This document shows, one piece after another, positions 58,899 to 64,000 of a stretch of 64,000 nucleotides of DNA; positions within the stretch are counted from its first letter, which is position 1, and every line of letters begins with the position of its first letter. The notes under the pieces were generated by a model. The model ran no database searches. It was not told where the DNA came from and saw nothing but the letters and a program-made list of their open reading frames with translations. The translations under genes and the position numbers were made by a program. This DNA comes from a bacterium (GTDB taxonomy: Bacteria; SAR324; NAC60-12), in the NCBI GenBank assembly GCA_965209155.1, contig OZ242383.1:4128001-4192000 (forward strand). The letters run 5' to 3'.

Positions 58899-59882
58899 AT
58901 GTCCCTGATTGAAGTGAAGAACCTGTCGCTTGCGCTGGAAACGCCACAAGGCAAGTTGGATTTGATCCAGCATGTGGAATTTTCCCTCGATCCAGGAGAA
59001 AAACTGGGCATAGTCGGAGAATCGGGGTGCGGAAAATCCTTAACCGCCCTTGCCATTATGGCATTACTTCCCCGGACCATTTCAGTGCAAGGAGATATTC
59101 AATTTCAGGGAGAAAGTTTAGTGGAGATGCCGGAAAAGCGTATGCAAGAGATCCGCGGAAATCGCATCGCTATGATTTTTCAGGAACCCATGAACTCCCT
59201 CAATCCTGTTCAAACCATTGGATCTCAAATTGCCGAAGGGTTGAGGTGGCACTATGGTTTGAATAAAAGTGATGCGGTTGACAAAACCCGAACTGTGATG
59301 GATCGTGTGGGGTTGCCGGTCTCCCGTATTTCCTTGAAGCTCTATCCCCACCAACTTTCCGGGGGACAACGGCAAAGGGTGATGATTGCGCTGGCCATTG
59401 CCTGCGAACCGGATCTTTTAATTGCAGACGAACCCACCACCGCCTTGGATGTTACTGTTCAGGAAACGATCCTGGAGTTGATCAATGATATTGCCGAAAA
59501 ATCGGGGATGGGGTTGATCATGATCAGTCATGATCTCGGGGTCATAGCGCAAACTACGGAACAGGTGATGGTGATGTATGCCGGAAATACCGTGGAAAGC
59601 GGGACGACCCCGGATATATTTGCAGATATGCGCCACCCTTATACTTACGGACTTTTTGCCTCCATGCCCAGACCAATGTCCGAAGAATCAGACGAAAGGT
59701 CGCCATTGTACAGCATACCGGGTCAGGTTCCAGGAGCTGGAGCCCGGCTGCTGGGGTGTCCATTCATCGAACGCTGTTTTAAAGCAAAGGAAGATTGTCG
59801 GCAACACAAACCACCCCTGCAGGTGTTGACTCACGAACACAAAGTGGCTTGCTATCACCCTTTGATGAAAAGTGGTGCATAA
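58899..59882 (+). CDS. Peptide ABC transporter ATP-binding protein (DppD-like)
   Basis: [30 protein letters not shown]. Confidence 0.94.
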   Translation: MSLIEVKNLSLALETPQGKLDLIQHVEFSLDPGEKLGIVGESGCGKSLTALAIMALLPRTISVQGDIQFQGESLVEMPEKRMQEIRGNRIAMIFQEPMNSLNPVQTIGSQIAEGLRWHYGLNKSDAVDKTRTVMDRVGLPVSRISLKLYPHQLSGGQRQRVMIALAIACEPDLLIADEPTTALDVTVQETILELINDIAEKSGMGLIMISHDLGVIAQTTEQVMVMYAGNTVESGTTPDIFADMRHPYTYGLFASMPRPMSEESDERSPLYSIPGQVPGAGARLLGCPFIERCFKAKEDCRQHKPPLQVLTHEHKVACYHPLMKSGA

Positions 59883-60841
59883 TGAGTGGGGTCTTGCTGA
59901 AAGTTGAAAATGTCAAAAAAGACTACTTGCTTCCAAAAACTCATTTGTTTCAGCCTCCTCCTGTTTTTCGCGCTCTTCATGGTGTGAGCCTTGAAATCCC
60001 CAAGGGCACCAATTTTGGAATCGTGGGAGAATCAGGGTGTGGCAAATCCACTTTAGCCCGTATTGCATCGGGACTGGATACTCCGACTGAAGGGACCGTA
60101 TATTTTGAAGATCAAGATATTTTTCGTATACCAGCCAAAACACTGAGACGTTTACGCAGTCAATTTCAGATGATTTTTCAGGATCCTTATGGATCGCTCA
60201 ATCCCCGGCATACTGTCTTGCGTATTGTCTCCGAACCTCTTGACACCCTCGCTGAAAAACCGGGTATGAAGGAAAAAAAGGAAAGAGTACGATCTCTATT
60301 GCAAGAAGTTGGATTGACCGATGGTGACTTGGACAAGTTCCCACACGAATTCTCCGGAGGCCAACGACAACGGATTGCCATCGCCAGAGCATTGATCACT
60401 CACCCCTTCTTGATTGTGGCAGATGAAGCGGTTTCCGCTCTGGATGTTTCGGTGCAAGCTCAAGTCTTGAATTTGATGATGGCCTTACAGGAAAAATACG
60501 AACTGACTTATATGTTTATCAGCCATGATTTAAGTGTTGTGGAATACCTTTGCGATGAAACAGCAGTGCTCTTTTCAGGGAGGATTGTTGAAATGGGAAA
60601 AACTCGCGACTTATTTCAAAATGCATTGCATCCCTACTCCCGTCTCCTAATAAACGCCATACCGGTACCTGATCCATCACATAAAAAGAAAAAAAATCCA
60701 CCGGTTCCAGTACGGAGGAAAGATGTGAATACGGGTTGCCCCTTCAAGTCACGCTGCAATCTGGCCACGGAAATTTGCTTCCAAACCATGCCGGAATTGC
60801 GTCCAATCAACCGGCAACGAGTGGCCTGTCATCATATTTGA
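59882..60841 (+). CDS. Peptide ABC transporter ATP-binding protein (DppF-like)
   Basis: [31 protein letters not shown]. Confidence 0.94.
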   Translation: MSGVLLKVENVKKDYLLPKTHLFQPPPVFRALHGVSLEIPKGTNFGIVGESGCGKSTLARIASGLDTPTEGTVYFEDQDIFRIPAKTLRRLRSQFQMIFQDPYGSLNPRHTVLRIVSEPLDTLAEKPGMKEKKERVRSLLQEVGLTDGDLDKFPHEFSGGQRQRIAIARALITHPFLIVADEAVSALDVSVQAQVLNLMMALQEKYELTYMFISHDLSVVEYLCDETAVLFSGRIVEMGKTRDLFQNALHPYSRLLINAIPVPDPSHKKKKNPPVPVRRKDVNTGCPFKSRCNLATEICFQTMPELRPINRQRVACHHI

Positions 60842-60863
60842 TCAGGAGAAACACTCCGAGTGT

Positions 60864-61955
60864 TCAACCCGAAGAGAAGGTACGAGGGATATAAACCTGA
60901 AAAATAGATCCTTGCCGACTTGCCGGTTTGTATTGCAACAATCCACCATGACCTGCAATGATCTGGAAAGAGATGGACAATCCCAGACCATTTCCCTGGC
61001 GTTTGGTGGTGAAGAGAGGCTTAAAAATCTGGTCCCGATGTTTTGCTGCAATGCCGCTTCCCTGGTCTTCGATCTCGATGAGAAAATATTCCTGGCGCCA
61101 GTCCAATCGTTTATCAACTACTTTCCATTCAGGACAATAACTGGATCGAATGGTGATCTTTCCTTTTTCCGGGGAAGCTTCTGCGGCGTTTTTAATCAAA
61201 TTGAGGAAGACCTGGTGAAGTTTGTCCTGGTCTGCAGTAATTTCTGGCAGAGAGGGATCAAAATGTCGTTTGAATGTCAATGCGGAATTTGAAGAATTTT
61301 CCTCGAACCAAATCACCGTATCGAGCAGTTCGTGCAAATTAAAGACCGAGGCTTGCAGCGGAACAGGTTGGGAGTACAACAACAATTCTTTCACCATGCG
61401 GTCAATACGGTCTAATTCTCCCAAGATCATTTCTGTGGAAGTGGTTGGTATTTGAGATTTTTTCAAATCCCGCTGTAGTAGTTGAGTCACGCCTTTTATT
61501 CCGCTCATGGGATTTTGAATCTCGTGGGCAATTGAAGAGACAAAGTCGCCAATGGAATCCATAATGTCTTTTTCCCGTTCCTTGGCTTTGATTTGATAAT
61601 GGTGCGTCAAATCATGAAAACTGATAATTGCATGATTGATTTTGCGATTTTTATTGAAAACCGGATTCAAGGAAATATTGACCACCCTCTGTTGTCGCGG
61701 AGAAATCTGCATCGGATGGTCATTGATAGAAAAATCTTTCCCGTCTTGCAGCACTTTCAGGAGAGGGACGAGAACGACTTGGTCTTCCCACAAAAGCTTC
61801 TTTATGGATTTGCCCAGCATTTTATTTTTATCTCGCTCCCAAAACTGCGTCACGGCGTCATTGCACCAGATCACTTCCATTCCTTGATTGATCACAAATA
61901 TGGGATTGCCCAAGTTGCTGAAAATTGTTTTTTCAGAAAAACCTCTCTTGGCCAT
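60864..61955 (-). CDS. PAS-domain sensor histidine kinase (NtrB-like)
   Basis: PAS domain, AHEIQNP H-box, NLIKNA, DQGSGI, FKPLFTTK, GNGLGL. Confidence 0.88.
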   Translation of the reverse strand: MAKRGFSEKTIFSNLGNPIFVINQGMEVIWCNDAVTQFWERDKNKMLGKSIKKLLWEDQVVLVPLLKVLQDGKDFSINDHPMQISPRQQRVVNISLNPVFNKNRKINHAIISFHDLTHHYQIKAKEREKDIMDSIGDFVSSIAHEIQNPMSGIKGVTQLLQRDLKKSQIPTTSTEMILGELDRIDRMVKELLLYSQPVPLQASVFNLHELLDTVIWFEENSSNSALTFKRHFDPSLPEITADQDKLHQVFLNLIKNAAEASPEKGKITIRSSYCPEWKVVDKRLDWRQEYFLIEIEDQGSGIAAKHRDQIFKPLFTTKRQGNGLGLSISFQIIAGHGGLLQYKPASRQGSIFQVYIPRTFSSG

Positions 61956-61968
61956 TTTAAAAATATGG

Positions 61969-62874
61969 TTAAAAAACCTCTATTTCGTTTCCCAGAACTT
62001 TCTGCAACAAAACTTTATCGAGGTCGACGAGAATGGATTTGTTTTGCGCATAGGTCACCTTTCCAGGTCCGCCTCCCTTGATTTTTCGCAAATATTTTTG
62101 CTGGGTGTAATCGACTTCTATTTTTCCACGACCTCGAGCTTTACAATAATATGCTGCTAAATGCGCGGCTTCCAAAAGTGTTTGGAAAGGTAATGCGGAC
62201 TGTTTGTTTTTAACAATTACATGAGCCCCTGTGATTCCCTGGGCATGAAACCACCAGTCATTGCCTCTCGCGACTTTAAAGGTGACATATGCATTTTGTT
62301 GCTCGTTACGCCCTACCATAATCATTAATCCATCAGAACTCAGACGAATCAAAGGCGTGGAAGTCGCAGCGGATTTTTTTCTTGTGGATTGTGTGTTGTG
62401 TTGAGGAATTTTGAGGAATTGGGGAAGCGTTTTTTCCCAGAGGTGAAATGATTCAACCGATTCCTTTTTTTCCAACTCTTCCTGTTGTTGATCCAATAAT
62501 TCTTGTTCGTATAGAGTTTGCCGGATTCTTTCCTGCACATACGGCAATGCTTTTTTCAATTTATCCGCTTTCTGAAAAAGACGAGTCATGTTTCCAGCTG
62601 AGCTATATCTGGGATCCAGAGGAATCACGATTTCTGGAAAACTTTCGTCAAAATAATTCGTCACCGTGATCTCTGTTTGTCCTGTTTTTACTTGGTGGAG
62701 ATGAGGTTTGAGCAATTCTCCCCATCGTCGTATTTTTTCGCTGTCCTGACAATTTTCCAGGTCCTTTTCCTGCTTCAACAAGCGTCGAATCAGCTTTTTT
62801 TTCAGAGTCTTAAAAAATTTACGATAGCGGACACGCTGCGCGTTGACGGATTCCAATTGCTCCATTTTACTCAA
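61969..62874 (-). CDS. NFACT/RqcH-related protein (coiled coil plus NFACT-R domain; N-terminal domain absent)
   Basis: IPLDP, VGRNEQQN, DWWFHAQGITGAHVIV, EAAHLAAYY, VDYT, PGKVTY. Confidence 0.8.
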   Translation of the reverse strand: MSKMEQLESVNAQRVRYRKFFKTLKKKLIRRLLKQEKDLENCQDSEKIRRWGELLKPHLHQVKTGQTEITVTNYFDESFPEIVIPLDPRYSSAGNMTRLFQKADKLKKALPYVQERIRQTLYEQELLDQQQEELEKKESVESFHLWEKTLPQFLKIPQHNTQSTRKKSAATSTPLIRLSSDGLMIMVGRNEQQNAYVTFKVARGNDWWFHAQGITGAHVIVKNKQSALPFQTLLEAAHLAAYYCKARGRGKIEVDYTQQKYLRKIKGGGPGKVTYAQNKSILVDLDKVLLQKVLGNEIEVF

Positions 62875-62882
62875 TCCCGAAT

Positions 62883-64000
62883 TTATTCATTGGCATCTCT
62901 ACCGCTGAGTCGCTTCTTCATTTCAGCATCGATCCAAGCGTACTTGTAAATATGGATGAACTTATCCATAAACCCTTGCCCTCCTTCCAATCCATAAAGC
63001 CAGGGTTGCCAGTAATGGTGACCGGTGGTTACCATCAAAGGCATGAACCACAACTCATCAAGGGCCCAGTAAGTCAAAGTTCTCCATTTTTCGAGATACT
63101 CTTTCAGGTCCATAGTGGCTTTCAAGTCATCCCACATTTTAATGTATGTTTGACCGGGTTGGCTTTCTTCAAATTTTTCGTTTCCTTGTCCTTGCCAGGT
63201 CAATGAACTACGTGGATCGAGAAAAAACTCATATTGACATGCGCCGTATAGAAAGGGGCATGGATTATCAGTGAGTGCCAAACCATTGAAAACAGGGTCT
63301 GGTTTACGGGTCATTGTCAGTTGATACAGGTTTTTCATTTTCACCACCTCGACTTCTAATGAAATCCCCACCAACCTGAGATAGTTGGAAATCTCGTGCG
63401 CCGATTCAGCCAAGTAGCCCTCACCGGCAATTATTTTGCTCTTGAAACCGTTGGGATAACCCGCCTTCGCTAAGAGTCGCTTCGCTTCAGTTGGATGATA
63501 TTCAAACAATTTAGCAAGATCGGGTTGTTCTTTTTTCATTTCTTCAAAAGATACGTAAAAAGGGGCAAGTCCCGGAAGGCTCGGAAAGACGGGGTAGATC
63601 GCGTTTCCCTCGTAGAATTCGTCTCGCATCTGCTGATGATCGACGGCCAACATCAAAGCTCGTCTCACCCTTTTGTCATTAAAGGGAGCCTTGGTGATGT
63701 TTGCCGTCATTGTGATGTGTTGCAGGGGTTGTTGTGATAACTTGAGACGAGGATTGTTCCTTAGTAGAACGCTCTTGTAATGCACCGGTAACACCGCGGG
63801 ACTGGTGTCCACTCTTCCTGTACGCAAGGCAGCGACTTTTAAAGCCTCCCCCAACTGAACATAGCGAAATCCATCAAGATAAGGAAGTTGATTTTGAGTA
63901 CGCAAGGGATCATTCTGCCAATAATTCGGATTTCGTTTATAAACGGTTTGGATCCCCTTGACATAATCGGAAATCAGAAACGGACCGGTACCCACAACAT
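62883..64000 (-). CDS. ABC transporter substrate-binding protein, family 5 (5' part outside the window)
   Basis: GTGPF, RNPNYW, LPYLD, RVRRALMLAVD, AKRLLAKAGYPNGF. Confidence 0.88.
   Translation of the reverse strand, partial: VVGTGPFLISDYVKGIQTVYKRNPNYWQNDPLRTQNQLPYLDGFRYVQLGEALKVAALRTGRVDTSPAVLPVHYKSVLLRNNPRLKLSQQPLQHITMTANITKAPFNDKRVRRALMLAVDHQQMRDEFYEGNAIYPVFPSLPGLAPFYVSFEEMKKEQPDLAKLFEYHPTEAKRLLAKAGYPNGFKSKIIAGEGYLAESAHEISNYLRLVGISLEVEVVKMKNLYQLTMTRKPDPVFNGLALTDNPCPFLYGACQYEFFLDPRSSLTWQGQGNEKFEESQPGQTYIKMWDDLKATMDLKEYLEKWRTLTYWALDELWFMPLMVTTGHHYWQPWLYGLEGGQGFMDKFIHIYKYAWIDAEMKKRLSGRDANE

Overview
Bacterial chromosomal window, probably from a SAR324/deltaproteobacteria-like organism (inferred from gene content only). 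The backbone is housekeeping genes (rpmB, pheA, miaB, fmt, yggS/yggT, ftsH, psd, fabI, queF, gltA, gltX, waaA, yicC, hrpA), two tRNAs and a complete peptide-type ABC operon with a DmpA-like peptidase. Overlaid on it are five things. (1) A nested IS: an IS256 inside an ISKra4-like element, both with IRs and 9-bp TSDs. (2) Three near-identical 562-bp elements with IS200/IS605-type ends that carry no transposase but a four-helix-bundle (23S rRNA IVP-like) gene enclosed in a long stem. (3) An accessory island at ~21.3-38.4 kb with a probable sigma54-driven catabolic/transport cluster and two paralogous ABC operons that have lost complementary parts. (4) A 1989-aa sigma54 activator fused to an IS1595 transposase N-terminus, preceded by a 3x126-bp tandem repeat. 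(5) A three-copy candidate structured ncRNA showing covariation. All calls come from reading motifs by eye; no database searches were run.
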